This document shows, one piece after another, positions 8,485 to 18,532 of a stretch of DNA of 32,182 bases. The notes beneath the pieces were generated by a model. The model saw nothing but the letters and a program-made list of their open reading frames with translations. It was not told where the DNA came from and did no database searches. Made by a program: the position numbers and the translations under genes. The first letter of the stretch is position 1; the number at the start of each line of letters is the position of its first letter. The stretch comes from Polyangia bacterium (GTDB lineage: Bacteria; Myxococcota_A; Polyangia; JAAYKL01), in NCBI GenBank assembly GCA_050287845.1, contig JBNKCR010000093.1, positions 1-32,182 on the forward strand, in the 5' to 3' direction.

Positions 8485-9879
8485 ATGAGATCAACATTTA
8501 TTGCAATAGGTATATCAATGCTGATGCTTGTTGTCTGGAGTTGCTCGGGAGATGGCGATGTCTCGGCCGTGGACAGCGGAGCCGACACCGAGACGGATGC
8601 CGACACCGACACGGATGCCGATACTGACACCGAGCGGAACACGTCGACCTTCACTTTCGTCAGCAGGACCAATGACAGCTGCCCGTTCGGCGCTCTCGAG
8701 TGCGCTTCCAAGTGGCCACCAGTGGGCAGAGGGACGGTTTACCTCTACACCAGCAACGAGGTCTTCGGTAGCAAGACCCACGTGCGGACCTACCACGTCT
8801 ACGTGCCGAGCGGATTGAGCGGGAAAGTGCCTCTGGCGATCTTTCTACATGGAGGGCATCAGGACGGATACGCCTGGTTTGATTTGCCGCCGGTGACCAG
8901 TCTGGCCGACGCCCGCGGGCAGCTCACAGGCGTCACCTGGTACCGTAACACCGCCGCTTGCACCTTCCAGTTCACAAGCCTCACGGACTTTGGCTTCGTC
9001 GACGACTCGGGCCACCAGTGCGTTCCCGAAACGGTCAACTACAGAAACAACCAGCGCTTCGTGGCGGTGTTCCCTGACGGAATCCTGGACGATGGCTCGA
9101 CTACTGAACGGCACTGGGAGGATGGCCGAAGCCCTTCGCCCGGCTGGGACGTGGCAGAAACCCGCAACGACGTAGGCTTCATCGACCACCTCATCTCAGT
9201 ACTGCTCTCGAAGGAGGGCGCTCTTGATCCAACGCGGATCTACCTTGTGGGCGGCTCCAACGGCGGAATGATGACCCAACGGGTCTTGTGCAACCTATCC
9301 TCCACCAACTACCCAAGCCTGTGTCGGATCGCGGCGGTAGCGACCTATACCTCGACCCTGCCCGAAGCGCTGGCCAAGGGGCTCGACGGTCGCGAGTCGT
9401 GCAACACCTCCAGTTCGGTGGCCATGCCGGTGATTGCTGTCCTGGGTAACAACATCGCAACGCCCAACTGCGAGCCCTATGGCTGCACTACACCGTCTAT
9501 CAACGGCGACGGGCTGGTGCCCTTCGGTGTGGCGGGAGAGGGGTACACTGTCGCCTCACCAGCTGGTGGGCGAGTGCTCGGCGCCCTCGACACGCTCGAG
9601 TGGTGGCGTGGCTACAATGCTCAATCGGGCGGAGGCGTCTCCACCACACTCTCTGCGGAACAGCTCGGTGTCTTCTCGCGCATCGACCGTACCCAATACG
9701 CGTCATCTCCAGTTCTCGTCGACCTGTACGAGGTGGACGGCGGGCACCACATGGTTGGGGGCTCCAGGATGGACTTCAACCTTTGGGGACGAATCCTCGA
9801 CTTCACCTTCCGCTACAGCCGCGGTAGCAGCGGAAACCTGACCCGTAGCGACGTCTCGCCGTTGGACGGGACGTTCTGA
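8485..9879 (+). CDS. Lipoprotein alpha/beta-hydrolase (PHB depolymerase/LpqC-like esterase)
   Basis: Start moved to ATG 8485. Signal ending VWSC, short DT repeat, FLHGG, DVGFI, GGSNGG nucleophile elbow, DGLVP, GGHH. Confidence 0.85.
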   Translation: MRSTFIAIGISMLMLVVWSCSGDGDVSAVDSGADTETDADTDTDADTDTERNTSTFTFVSRTNDSCPFGALECASKWPPVGRGTVYLYTSNEVFGSKTHVRTYHVYVPSGLSGKVPLAIFLHGGHQDGYAWFDLPPVTSLADARGQLTGVTWYRNTAACTFQFTSLTDFGFVDDSGHQCVPETVNYRNNQRFVAVFPDGILDDGSTTERHWEDGRSPSPGWDVAETRNDVGFIDHLISVLLSKEGALDPTRIYLVGGSNGGMMTQRVLCNLSSTNYPSLCRIAAVATYTSTLPEALAKGLDGRESCNTSSSVAMPVIAVLGNNIATPNCEPYGCTTPSINGDGLVPFGVAGEGYTVASPAGGRVLGALDTLEWWRGYNAQSGGGVSTTLSAEQLGVFSRIDRTQYASSPVLVDLYEVDGGHHMVGGSRMDFNLWGRILDFTFRYSRGSSGNLTRSDVSPLDGTF

Positions 9880-9960
9880 ACGAAGAGAATAGAGAGAATA
9901 GGGGACGTTGTTAATTTTGTTAACTTATTGACAACTTTTCAAATTTGATACCTTCACAGC

Positions 9961-10200
9961 ATGCCGAGAACAGCGAGAATAGATGCGCCTACAGTCAGCG
10001 GATGTGAGGTGTTGAAGAAGATGTCCAGAAATGAAAAATGGGCATTTGATGAGCGCATTCCGGGCAGCAGTTCATTCGTGGAATCCGTACTGAAACAGAC
10101 TGAACCGGAAATACTGACTCCGTCGATGACCGAACCCGAGCGTACCATCCGGTTCGACCGGTTGATCACACATGTGTACTATCCGCACGAACGCAGTTAA
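9961..10200 (+). pseudogene. Internally deleted REP-associated tyrosine transposase (RAYT, IS200/Y1 family) remnant
   Basis: The N-terminus MPRTARIDAP is joined directly to the late motif DERIPGSSSFVESVL. The HUH/Y1 core is missing. Upstream are a GGGGAC motif (9901) and TTGACA (9928). Confidence 0.72.
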
Positions 10201-10472
10201 ATAACTCGCGTATGATATTTGAAAAACGACTCGAAAATTCGACTAAATATCTATCCTTGCTGAAAAAAAAATTACATAGTCGAAGTGGATATACCGGAAA
10301 ATGTGATCGAACTGCGTCGGGATTCGCTGTCCGGAAATTTGTAAATATGAGAGTTACACTTTTTCGATTTTATTTCATCGTCCACACCATTTATAGTTCC
10401 CAATTTACCGTGTTTCAGGTGTATTCTTCTCGTAGGTTCATTATATCAACAGCCTATAAAAAGGGTACGATT

Positions 10473-11243
10473 ATGAAATCAACTATTTTATCAGTGTGTA
10501 CCATACTCGTCCTGAGTGCAATTCCCGGGTGCAACAGCACCAGCACCGACAAAGCATCGGTGGATTTTTCAGGGTCGGACTGCAAAAGTCATCTCTATAT
10601 GCCGTCGTCAGTGGGGCCGGCCCTGTACACGATGGACCAGAGCGAGCCGTACCAGGGCCTGCAATGTGTATCCTGGCAGCACGACGATGACGGCCTGTTT
10701 TCCATTGATCTCATCAACTTTCACGGGGCGTGCGGCGCGCAATACGTGGGCGATTATAAAGAAGGCGACGCGGGCGAACTGAACCTTCAGGTCAATAACC
10801 CCGGCTGCAAGGTTGCAGCCTGTGGGTATTGCGTCTACGACTGGTCCTTTCAGTTGGAAAACGTGGCGGTCGCCGATTTGACCATTAACGTACGGGAGGA
10901 TTCCTGCCCGGAAAGCGGTGATACCCCAACCATGGAGACCTTTGAAGTGGCGGCATCAGATCTGGAAACCGGCGAAGGGATATCATGCACCTACAAGTAT
11001 ATGAGTCTCTTTGAAAATCTCGCATGTGGCACCCTGCACCAACCGTGCAATGCTCTGGAATCGGACGACGCGGCCAATGATCCCATGTGCCCCATCGCCG
11101 AGAGTCAATGCGACGACGGATATACCTGCACCCAGACCGACGCCATGCCCATGCCCATCTGTGTGGCAGAGTGCTCCGAAACCGCCGACTGCCCGTTGAA
11201 CGGGCTGCTCACCTGCGACAACGGTCTCTGCCTCCTGAAGTGA
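10473..11243 (+). CDS. Cys-rich lipoprotein of unknown function
   Basis: Start moved to ATG 10473. Lipobox [19 protein letters not shown], and a C-terminal myxobacterial-type Cys-rich repeat. Confidence 0.8.
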   Translation: MKSTILSVCTILVLSAIPGCNSTSTDKASVDFSGSDCKSHLYMPSSVGPALYTMDQSEPYQGLQCVSWQHDDDGLFSIDLINFHGACGAQYVGDYKEGDAGELNLQVNNPGCKVAACGYCVYDWSFQLENVAVADLTINVREDSCPESGDTPTMETFEVAASDLETGEGISCTYKYMSLFENLACGTLHQPCNALESDDAANDPMCPIAESQCDDGYTCTQTDAMPMPICVAECSETADCPLNGLLTCDNGLCLLK

Positions 11244-11350
11244 CCCCTCTCAGAATCGGTTCCAATCCCTTCATTTTTTTCAGTTCGTTTTGGCAGGCTG
11301 TCTTCCTCTTTAAAGAAGATAATTTAAAACATGAAAATAATGAGGCAAAA

Positions 11351-14032
11351 ATGAAAAAAGATAAGTTGATTTTAATCCTTCTTCTGGCCAGTGCGCTGTC
11401 GTTTGTAATGGGATGCTCGGGGAACGATGACAACGGGGGAGAAGACACCAATTCGGCTTCGGATACCGATTCAGACACCGATTCAGATTCTGATTCCGAC
11501 ACCGATGCCGATACTGACTCTGACTCGGATACCGACATGGATTCCGATACGGATTCTGATTCGGATACCGATACGGATTCCGATGCCGACACAGACAGCG
11601 ATTCAGATTCGGATACCGACTCAGATTCCGACTCAGATTCCGACACCGATTCTGATACGGACACCGACTCAGATTCCGATGCCGACACAGACAGCGATTC
11701 GGATGGGGACGCATGGATCATCGCTCCCCCGCATATGAACAATTACGATGGCACACGGGAATCCACAGTGAGCATGGATGCGGACTGGAAGTTCAATCTC
11801 GGTGACGTCAATGGCGGACAGGCGCAGAATTTTGATGATTCCTCATGGACGTCACTCGATGTCCCTCACGACTGGAGTATCTGGTTGCCGTTCGACCAGA
11901 ACTCCCCCGGCACTTTCGAAAGTGGCTACCTCAACGGGGGTACCGGCTGGTACCGAAAGACTTTCACCCTGCCCGCTTCGAGTGCCGGCCAACGGCTGTA
12001 TGTTCAGTTTGACGGCGTCTACATGGACAGTACCGTATGGCTGAATGGCACACAGATTTGCGCCCGTCCCTATGGCTATATTTCGTTTGAATGTGACATC
12101 ACCGACACGGCCAACATTGATGGCGATAACGTGCTGGCGGTCAAAGTGGTCAATCAGCAGCCCAGTAGCCGATGGTACTCGGGCAGTGGCATTTATCGCC
12201 ATGTATGGCTGAAAACCGTGAACCCGGTCCATGTGGCGTACACAGGAACGCAGGTGACCACCCCCGACGTCTCCGCTTCGAGCGCCGCAGTGGGTATTTC
12301 GGTCACAGTTCAAAATGATGGGACAGGCAGTCAGTCCGTGACTGTGGAAAGCACCATTGTCGATGAGGAAGGCGCCGAAGTGGACAACGCCGCATCCGGG
12401 GCAACCACCATCAACGCCGGAGAATCCAAAGAGATTGTTCAGAGCGCAACGGTATCCAATCCAAAGCTGTGGTCCACCAGTTCACCAACCCGATACGCCG
12501 TGATCACCACCGTATCCGTAGACGGGGATGTGGTGGATACCTACACAACCCCGTTCGGTATTCGCACCTTCTCGTTTGATGCCAACAGCGGTTTTTCACT
12601 GAATGGCGAAAACATGAAAATTAACGGGGTGTGCAACCACCACGATTTGGGAGCACTGGGGGCGGCCACCAATTATCGCGCCACTGAGAAACGCCTCGAA
12701 ATTCTCAAGGAAATGGGCACTAACGCCATTCGCACCTCTCACAACCCGCCGGCACCGGAATTGCTCGACATCGCGGATCGCCTGGGTCTGCTGGTGATGG
12801 ATGAGGCGTTCGATTGCTGGTACGCCGGTAAAAAAACCTACGACTATGGCCGATTCTTCCGCGAGTGGGCGGATACGGACATCATGGACATGGTCTCCCG
12901 GGATCGCAACCATCCTGGAGTCATCATCTGGAGTATTGGCAACGAAGTGGCCCAGGCCGGTGATACCACGGTGGTGCAGCAACTGATGAACGCCATTCGT
13001 TCAAAGGACGACACCCGGGTGATCACTCAGGGATATGCCGCCTGGGTCAACATCAATGATGTCAAGGGACTCGAAGACATTGTGGGAATCAACTACGCAC
13101 CCGACCGCTATGATACACTGCACAACGCGCACCCCGACTGGAAGCTGGTTGCCAGCGAATCGTCATCGGCGTTTCGCACCAGAGGGGTGTACAACAACAA
13201 CAACAACCAGGCGAATTCGTACGACACCTTTGCAGCGGGCTGGGGGCACACCGCAGAAACCTCATGGAAGAATGTGAATACCCGCTCATTTATTGCCGGT
13301 GAATTCATCTGGACCGGTTTTGACTACATTGGCGAACCGACTCCCTATGAATGGCCCTCCAAGAGCTCATACTTCGGTATCATCGATACCGCGTATTTCC
13401 CCAAGGATATCTATTGGTTCTACCAGAGCAAATGGAATGCGGACGGCCCCGCCATGGTCCATGTGGTGCCCATGGACTGGACCAGCTGGCGCCAGGGAGA
13501 AAACGTGAAGGTACTGGTATATTCCAATGCGGACAGCGTGGAACTGTTCCTCAACGACGGATCCCTGGGGTCGAAGAACGTCGACCCATCGGTTGCCAAA
13601 CTGGAATGGTCAGTGCCCTTCGCAACAGGCACCCTGGAGGCACGGGCCTCCAAAGGCGGCGCCGTGGTAGCAACGGATGCTGTGAAGACGGCCGGCTCGG
13701 CAGCCGGATTGGAACTGCTGGTTGACCGCGACACCATTGACGCCGATGGCAGAGATCTGGCCTTCTTTGAAGTGGATGTGGTCGATGGCGACGGCACCCT
13801 TGTCCCCAACGCCGGCAATTCAATTGATTTTAATATCCAGGGGCCCGGGACCATCGTTGGCGTCGACAACGGGGATGCCACCAGCCATGAGTCATATAAG
13901 GACTCCAAACGGTCTGCGTTCAGTGGTAAGGCAATGGTTATCGTCCAGTCCACCGGTGACGCCGGTGAAATCACCCTGACTGCCACATCCTCCGGCCTCA
14001 GCGAAGCCACCACAAAAATAACCGCACGCTGA
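11351..14032 (+). CDS. Lipoprotein glycoside hydrolase family 2 (beta-galactosidase-like) with Asp-Ser/Thr stalk
   Basis: GAGG RBS before ATG 11351, lipobox [65 protein letters not shown]. Confidence 0.95.
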   Translation: MKKDKLILILLLASALSFVMGCSGNDDNGGEDTNSASDTDSDTDSDSDSDTDADTDSDSDTDMDSDTDSDSDTDTDSDADTDSDSDSDTDSDSDSDSDTDSDTDTDSDSDADTDSDSDGDAWIIAPPHMNNYDGTRESTVSMDADWKFNLGDVNGGQAQNFDDSSWTSLDVPHDWSIWLPFDQNSPGTFESGYLNGGTGWYRKTFTLPASSAGQRLYVQFDGVYMDSTVWLNGTQICARPYGYISFECDITDTANIDGDNVLAVKVVNQQPSSRWYSGSGIYRHVWLKTVNPVHVAYTGTQVTTPDVSASSAAVGISVTVQNDGTGSQSVTVESTIVDEEGAEVDNAASGATTINAGESKEIVQSATVSNPKLWSTSSPTRYAVITTVSVDGDVVDTYTTPFGIRTFSFDANSGFSLNGENMKINGVCNHHDLGALGAATNYRATEKRLEILKEMGTNAIRTSHNPPAPELLDIADRLGLLVMDEAFDCWYAGKKTYDYGRFFREWADTDIMDMVSRDRNHPGVIIWSIGNEVAQAGDTTVVQQLMNAIRSKDDTRVITQGYAAWVNINDVKGLEDIVGINYAPDRYDTLHNAHPDWKLVASESSSAFRTRGVYNNNNNQANSYDTFAAGWGHTAETSWKNVNTRSFIAGEFIWTGFDYIGEPTPYEWPSKSSYFGIIDTAYFPKDIYWFYQSKWNADGPAMVHVVPMDWTSWRQGENVKVLVYSNADSVELFLNDGSLGSKNVDPSVAKLEWSVPFATGTLEARASKGGAVVATDAVKTAGSAAGLELLVDRDTIDADGRDLAFFEVDVVDGDGTLVPNAGNSIDFNIQGPGTIVGVDNGDATSHESYKDSKRSAFSGKAMVIVQSTGDAGEITLTATSSGLSEATTKITAR
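11462..11710 (+). repeat. Asp-X (DS/DT/DA) dipeptide repeat stalk in GH2
   Basis: GAY-NNN hexamer periodicity seen directly. Confidence 0.95.
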
Positions 14033-14166
14033 ACTGCTTCGGGGTCAAACTGATCGCGTATCAGCGCATCGTCCCGCCGAATCATCTGTTTTCCCGCTCC
14101 AGGCATACAATCCTATAAATTCTGTTGTGAAAACGCCGCGTCATCGATTCTGCGGCGCAATTTCGC

Positions 14167-14196
14167 TGTACAATATTTCTACAACTATTTTATAAT
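14167..14196 (+). promoter_or_regulatory. Candidate sigma70 promoter for GH27
   Basis: TGTACA-N18-TATAAT, followed by a GGTGCA-N11-TGCACC inverted repeat and an AAGGAG RBS. Confidence 0.4.
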
Positions 14197-14244
14197 CGCC
14201 CAATCTGGGTGCATATATTCAGAGTGCACCTTTAAGGAGATTTA

Positions 14245-15864
14245 ATGCTTAAAAAGACAATTCGCGGTGCAGTGCTTTGTTCGATCTTCGTAATTTTTGA
14301 GGGTTTGTTCCCCTGTGCAAAAGCGTTTGCCCTGGACAACGGGCTCGCGCTTACACCGCCCATGGGGTGGAACAGTTGGAATATTTTTGGAGGGGACATC
14401 AACGAGACGAAAATAAAACAAATCGCCGACGCGATGGTGAGCTCCGGAATGCGGGATGCGGGATATATTTACCTCAATCTGGACGACATGTGGATGGACG
14501 ACGGCGGGAGAGATAAAAACGGAAATCTCATCGGAGATTCGGACCGATTCCCAGGCGGAATCAAGGCGCTGGTGGACTACTGTCACGAGCGAGGACTAAA
14601 ACTGGGATTATACGGCGATCGGGGTACCGCGACATGCTGCAACGTTGCCGAGAGCGGAAGCCAGGGGGTCGAAGCTCAGGATGCCAATACCTTTGCTTCA
14701 TGGGGTGTTGATTACCTTAAATACGACAGCTGCAATGCGTCGATCGATCTCAAAACCCAGTATGAAACGATGAGCAACGCACTTTTAGACAGCGGAGGTT
14801 CCATTGTTTTCAGTATCTGTGCCTGGTATTATGCCGGCGATTGGATGGCCGATGCCGGAAACCTCTGGAGAACCACCGGTGACATCACGGACAGTTTTGA
14901 TTCGTTCATCGAGATTATAGACACCAATGAACCGCTGTATCCGCATGCAGGGCCCGGACATTGGAACGACCCGGATATGCTGGAAGTCGGAAACGGTGGC
15001 TGCAGTGTTGAAGAATACAAATCGCACTTCAGCATATGGGCCATGATGGCGGCTCCGCTTATCGCCGGCAATGACATCAGGACAATGACCGACGAGACAA
15101 AATCAATTCTCCTCAATACCGAGCTTATCGCGATTGACCAGGACCCGGCCGGCATTCAGGGTCGAATCGTAGACGACCAGGGCGACCTCGAAGTGTGGGT
15201 AAAGCCGCTCGGTTCCGCAGACGGCTCTGAAAAAGCGGTAACCCTTTTCAATAGAAGCGAATCGACTGCAACTATTACGGCGAACTGGACTGATATTGGA
15301 ATTACCGGTCCTGCTTCTGTGAGGGATTTGTGGGAGCATGCGTATATCGGTATCTTCACCGACGCCTACTCGTCTTCGGTTCCGGCCCATGGAGTAAAGG
15401 TGTTGCGGATCGTAGAGGGAGGAACGTTGGATACGGATTCCGAGGAAGACACCGGTCAAGACACCGACACCGATTCAGGCTCGGACACCGACACGGATAC
15501 AGACACCGATTCAGACACCGATTCAGACACCGATTCAGACACAGACACTGACTCAGATACGGACACTGACTCAGATACGGACACCGATTCAGATGCGGAT
15601 GCAGACATGGCGGATACGGACGCAGATTCAGATGCAGACTCGGATACGGATGCAGATTCAGATGCAGATACAGATGCAGATGCAGATACAGATGCAGATA
15701 CAGATACCGAAGCGGACATGGATAGCGATGATACAGAACCGGACACTAATGGTATGACTGCTACCAATGAATCGACTCAGGGCGGTTGCGGCTGCTCGAC
15801 CGTCGGATCCGGAGCCTCCAATAGCGGATTGACCGCAACGATACTGCGATATTTCCTATACTGA
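14245..15864 (+). CDS. Glycoside hydrolase family 27 (alpha-galactosidase-like) with C-terminal Asp-repeat stalk and MYXO-CTERM-like tail
   Basis: Signal [44 protein letters not shown], tail GGCGCSTVG. Confidence 0.95.
   Translation: MLKKTIRGAVLCSIFVIFEGLFPCAKAFALDNGLALTPPMGWNSWNIFGGDINETKIKQIADAMVSSGMRDAGYIYLNLDDMWMDDGGRDKNGNLIGDSDRFPGGIKALVDYCHERGLKLGLYGDRGTATCCNVAESGSQGVEAQDANTFASWGVDYLKYDSCNASIDLKTQYETMSNALLDSGGSIVFSICAWYYAGDWMADAGNLWRTTGDITDSFDSFIEIIDTNEPLYPHAGPGHWNDPDMLEVGNGGCSVEEYKSHFSIWAMMAAPLIAGNDIRTMTDETKSILLNTELIAIDQDPAGIQGRIVDDQGDLEVWVKPLGSADGSEKAVTLFNRSESTATITANWTDIGITGPASVRDLWEHAYIGIFTDAYSSSVPAHGVKVLRIVEGGTLDTDSEEDTGQDTDTDSGSDTDTDTDTDSDTDSDTDSDTDTDSDTDTDSDTDTDSDADADMADTDADSDADSDTDADSDADTDADADTDADTDTEADMDSDDTEPDTNGMTATNESTQGGCGCSTVGSGASNSGLTATILRYFLY
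15430..15750 (+). repeat. Asp-X repeat stalk in GH27
   Basis: Seen directly. Confidence 0.95.
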
Positions 15865-16030
15865 AATCGGGATTCAGCGCGCAGGGTGCTCTCGGAGTTT
15901 GAATCCGTGCTGGCCGAAGCTGCGCGATCGCGGCAGGAACGGCCCCTGGCACTCAAAGGGTTCGAAATGGGTGAAATGATTTTAATGGCTACTGTTCAGC
16001 TTCCGGGGATTGAGGTGGGATAATGCAAAA

Positions 16031-17905
16031 TTACTCAACCACAATGTTTCTGCAGGAAGAGGGGCAGGTGCTGTCGTTTATGGTGTTGCCGTCGTCGCAG
16101 TCTTCGTGTTCTTTCTGTACGATGCCGTCACCGCAGTATTCGGTCATTTTACAGTCTTTGCCACATTCACCGTAGCCGCCGTCATTGATACCGTCGTCAC
16201 ATTCTTCGCCAACACCGATTATCCCATCACCGCATCCTGGACGACATTCGGAACGCGAGGTGCTGAAACCACTGAGGGTTAATTTGTAGCTTGAGCCGTT
16301 GGTCTGGCGCTCTGCCTGAAACAGGGCGATTTCGTACACTTTTCCGTCTTCCAGCCCCAAATCATTGATGTTCACACTGCTTTCGAGCGGAATGTGAACG
16401 CCGCCCAAATCCACTTCCAGATGCCCGTTGATAAACACCCAGACGTCGTCATCGCCCAGGAAAGTGAGTACCTGCTCTTTGCTGGCGTCGTACTGGAACC
16501 AGAACCGCACTTCGCTGGTAAAGTGAAAGTTGTGGGATAGGCTGTAATCATCAGGCAGAGTGAGGCCCGCCTCTGCAGTGGCGACATCTTCAGCTTGCCA
16601 ATTCGCATACGGTGGAGCCGTACCAGCGGTCACATATTCACTTGTGGGGGTAATCCCTGAACCATCCAACGGAAAGAAAAACGGACTGCCGTCAAACTTC
16701 TCAATGGACGCGCAACAGTATGAATCGGCACTACCGCGGCATGCATCGGAGTATATCTCCGCACAATTATTGCAATTGCTCTCGTTGTCCAGATTACACC
16801 ACTCCCCATCATTTTCTTCAAGGCAGCACCAATTACCCCATACCCACAGTTGCCATTGCTCGCCGTCATCCCCCCAACGATTACAGAAATCACCGGTTCC
16901 CGTGGCATACAATTTGAGAGTAGAGACCACAATGGCGCTTTTATCCGAATGGTCGTACCAGTCATCAAACGCATCCGAATAGCCACATGCGGTTTTCACT
17001 TCAGTGTCCGTGTCATTGGCGACGCCTTCGGTCACTTCCTGGGCAAAAACGGGTTTCCCGTTCGCGTCAAGTTCGTCTTGTAACATGCCTGCGGCAATTC
17101 CATCACATCCGGACAGGTTTCTCTCAAAGTCTTCGTGGCTGGACAAAAAATCCTTGTAAATAATGGGAACCTCAATCATACCGGTCGCCACATCGGGTTG
17201 TTCGCACTGATAGCCGGTTTCTTCCTTACAGTCGGCACTGCAGCCATCGCCACTGATGTTGTTTCCGTCATCGCATTCCTCGTCGATAATGAGACCGTCC
17301 CCACAACTGGAAGTACAGCCGGCGGTACCGGCGCACACCGGCTCCAGTTGACAGTGAATATCGCAGCCGTCCGCAGGGAGGGTATTGCCGTCGTCACAGG
17401 TTTCCGCTCCCTCTATCACGTTGTCGCCACAGATGGTGGGTACACAGGTACTGGGGCTGGCAGTGTTGCATTTAAAACCGACTTCAACCATGCACAAATC
17501 GTTACATCCGTCGTCGCGCGCCGTGTTGCCGTCGTCACATTGTTCAGGTGCAATGATGACACCGTCACCACAGAGGGCAACGGGGTGACAGGGTTTTCCG
17601 GGCGGATTACAGGACCATCCGTCCTGCACCGTTCGGCAGTCTGCTGAACACCCGTCTCCGGGTTCCACATTGCCGTCATCGCAGGCTTCGTTGTCGGTGA
17701 GCAACCCGTCACCGCAACTGGCCATAGGAAGATACGTCTCGCTGCTATCGCTCGATGGCGAACTCGATGATGAAGATGTATCTATTCCATCGGAAGTGTC
17801 AGAATGGTTGTTGGTTTTGCTGCTAATCGAGCCCAGATCTTTTTCACAATGCAAGGCGAGCGTGGCAACACATAAAATAAGCAATACCTGGTGAACGTGT
17901 AACAT
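16031..17905 (-). CDS. Fibro-slime (PA14-like) domain protein with myxobacterial Cys-rich (DUF4215-type) repeats
   Basis: Repeated CGDG...E.CDDGN....DGCS..C units, NFHFTSEVRFWF, FLGDDDVWVFING, DLGGVH, FQAERQ. Lipoprotein-like signal LALHC. Confidence 0.92.
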   Translation of the reverse strand: MLHVHQVLLILCVATLALHCEKDLGSISSKTNNHSDTSDGIDTSSSSSSPSSDSSETYLPMASCGDGLLTDNEACDDGNVEPGDGCSADCRTVQDGWSCNPPGKPCHPVALCGDGVIIAPEQCDDGNTARDDGCNDLCMVEVGFKCNTASPSTCVPTICGDNVIEGAETCDDGNTLPADGCDIHCQLEPVCAGTAGCTSSCGDGLIIDEECDDGNNISGDGCSADCKEETGYQCEQPDVATGMIEVPIIYKDFLSSHEDFERNLSGCDGIAAGMLQDELDANGKPVFAQEVTEGVANDTDTEVKTACGYSDAFDDWYDHSDKSAIVVSTLKLYATGTGDFCNRWGDDGEQWQLWVWGNWCCLEENDGEWCNLDNESNCNNCAEIYSDACRGSADSYCCASIEKFDGSPFFFPLDGSGITPTSEYVTAGTAPPYANWQAEDVATAEAGLTLPDDYSLSHNFHFTSEVRFWFQYDASKEQVLTFLGDDDVWVFINGHLEVDLGGVHIPLESSVNINDLGLEDGKVYEIALFQAERQTNGSSYKLTLSGFSTSRSECRPGCGDGIIGVGEECDDGINDGGYGECGKDCKMTEYCGDGIVQKEHEDCDDGNTINDSTCPSSCRNIVVE

Positions 17906-18146
17906 GTTAAATGTACCTCATTTTTGGCTAAGTCGGTCGTGTGCAATAATTCGTGAACAGCGGCCTTTCAAATTGGCCCCCAAAAAACATAATAAGCGAC
18001 GTGAATTCAATTCAAGTCAAGCCACCTCCTTTATATCATAAAGCAAATATCAGTTTCAATCAGAGCACATTATTTTACAAAATTGTTGCTACTGCCCAAA
18101 ACATTGATTTCAGAGGAACGCACGATTGGTTTTATTCGACAATTCA

Positions 18147-18182
18147 GTCATTCCCGCCCCGTGAAGCGACGGCGGGAATCCA
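18147..18182. repeat. REP-like palindrome GTCATTCCCGCC...GGCGGGAATCCA
   Basis: Perfect ATTCCCGCC/GGCGGGAAT stem. Confidence 0.7.
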
Positions 18183-18330
18183 CAGAGGGTCTGAACTGTC
18201 TGATATTTCGTCTGAACTCCTCATCATAACTGTTGGAATCCAGCACGTTGGAGTAATTGCTCATGGCACCCAACGATAAAACAACGAAACGTCCCATTGA
18301 ATTCAAAAAAAAAATCCTTTCACTTCTCGT

Positions 18331-18351
18331 TCCCCGAGTAAAGCTCGGGGA
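18331..18351. terminator. Hairpin TCCCCGAG-N5-CTCGGGGA, possible terminator for the minus-strand GH5-SGNH gene
   Basis: Perfect 8-bp stem. The T-run lies about 17 nt downstream on the minus strand, so it is not a canonical terminator. Confidence 0.35.
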
Positions 18352-18532
18352 TCTCTGTTATCGGCTCGTCTGGTTCGGCTTCTGCCGATCCAGCCCTGTC
18401 CTGATCGTCTGATACGAGCGCTCTCCGACCAGCAGTGCTGGTTCCCGCCGCCGATTGCTGACGGCACGCTCCGGCCCAGTATCGATGAGAGCTCCGGAGC
18501 TTGTTGCAGTCACCAGGCGCAAAACGGGTCGA

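Noticed and set aside
11087..11350. Long N-terminal extensions in the ORF track (also 6206, 8425, 10212, 20830, 24774, 28887)
   Set aside because: Downstream ATGs have RBSs, signal peptides or ATGA coupling, so the starts were moved.
11209..11742. Ser-Val, Ile-Pro-Ile-Arg and Cys-Pro-Tyr-Arg repeat ORFs here and at 15456, 20457, 21739, 26769, 26845, 31085 and 31222
   Set aside because: These are antisense or alternate-frame shadows of the stop-free Asp-X repeats.
15865..15975. GC-rich spacer containing GGTTCGAA, tRNA-like
   Set aside because: No paired T-stem, acceptor stem or cloverleaf could be built.
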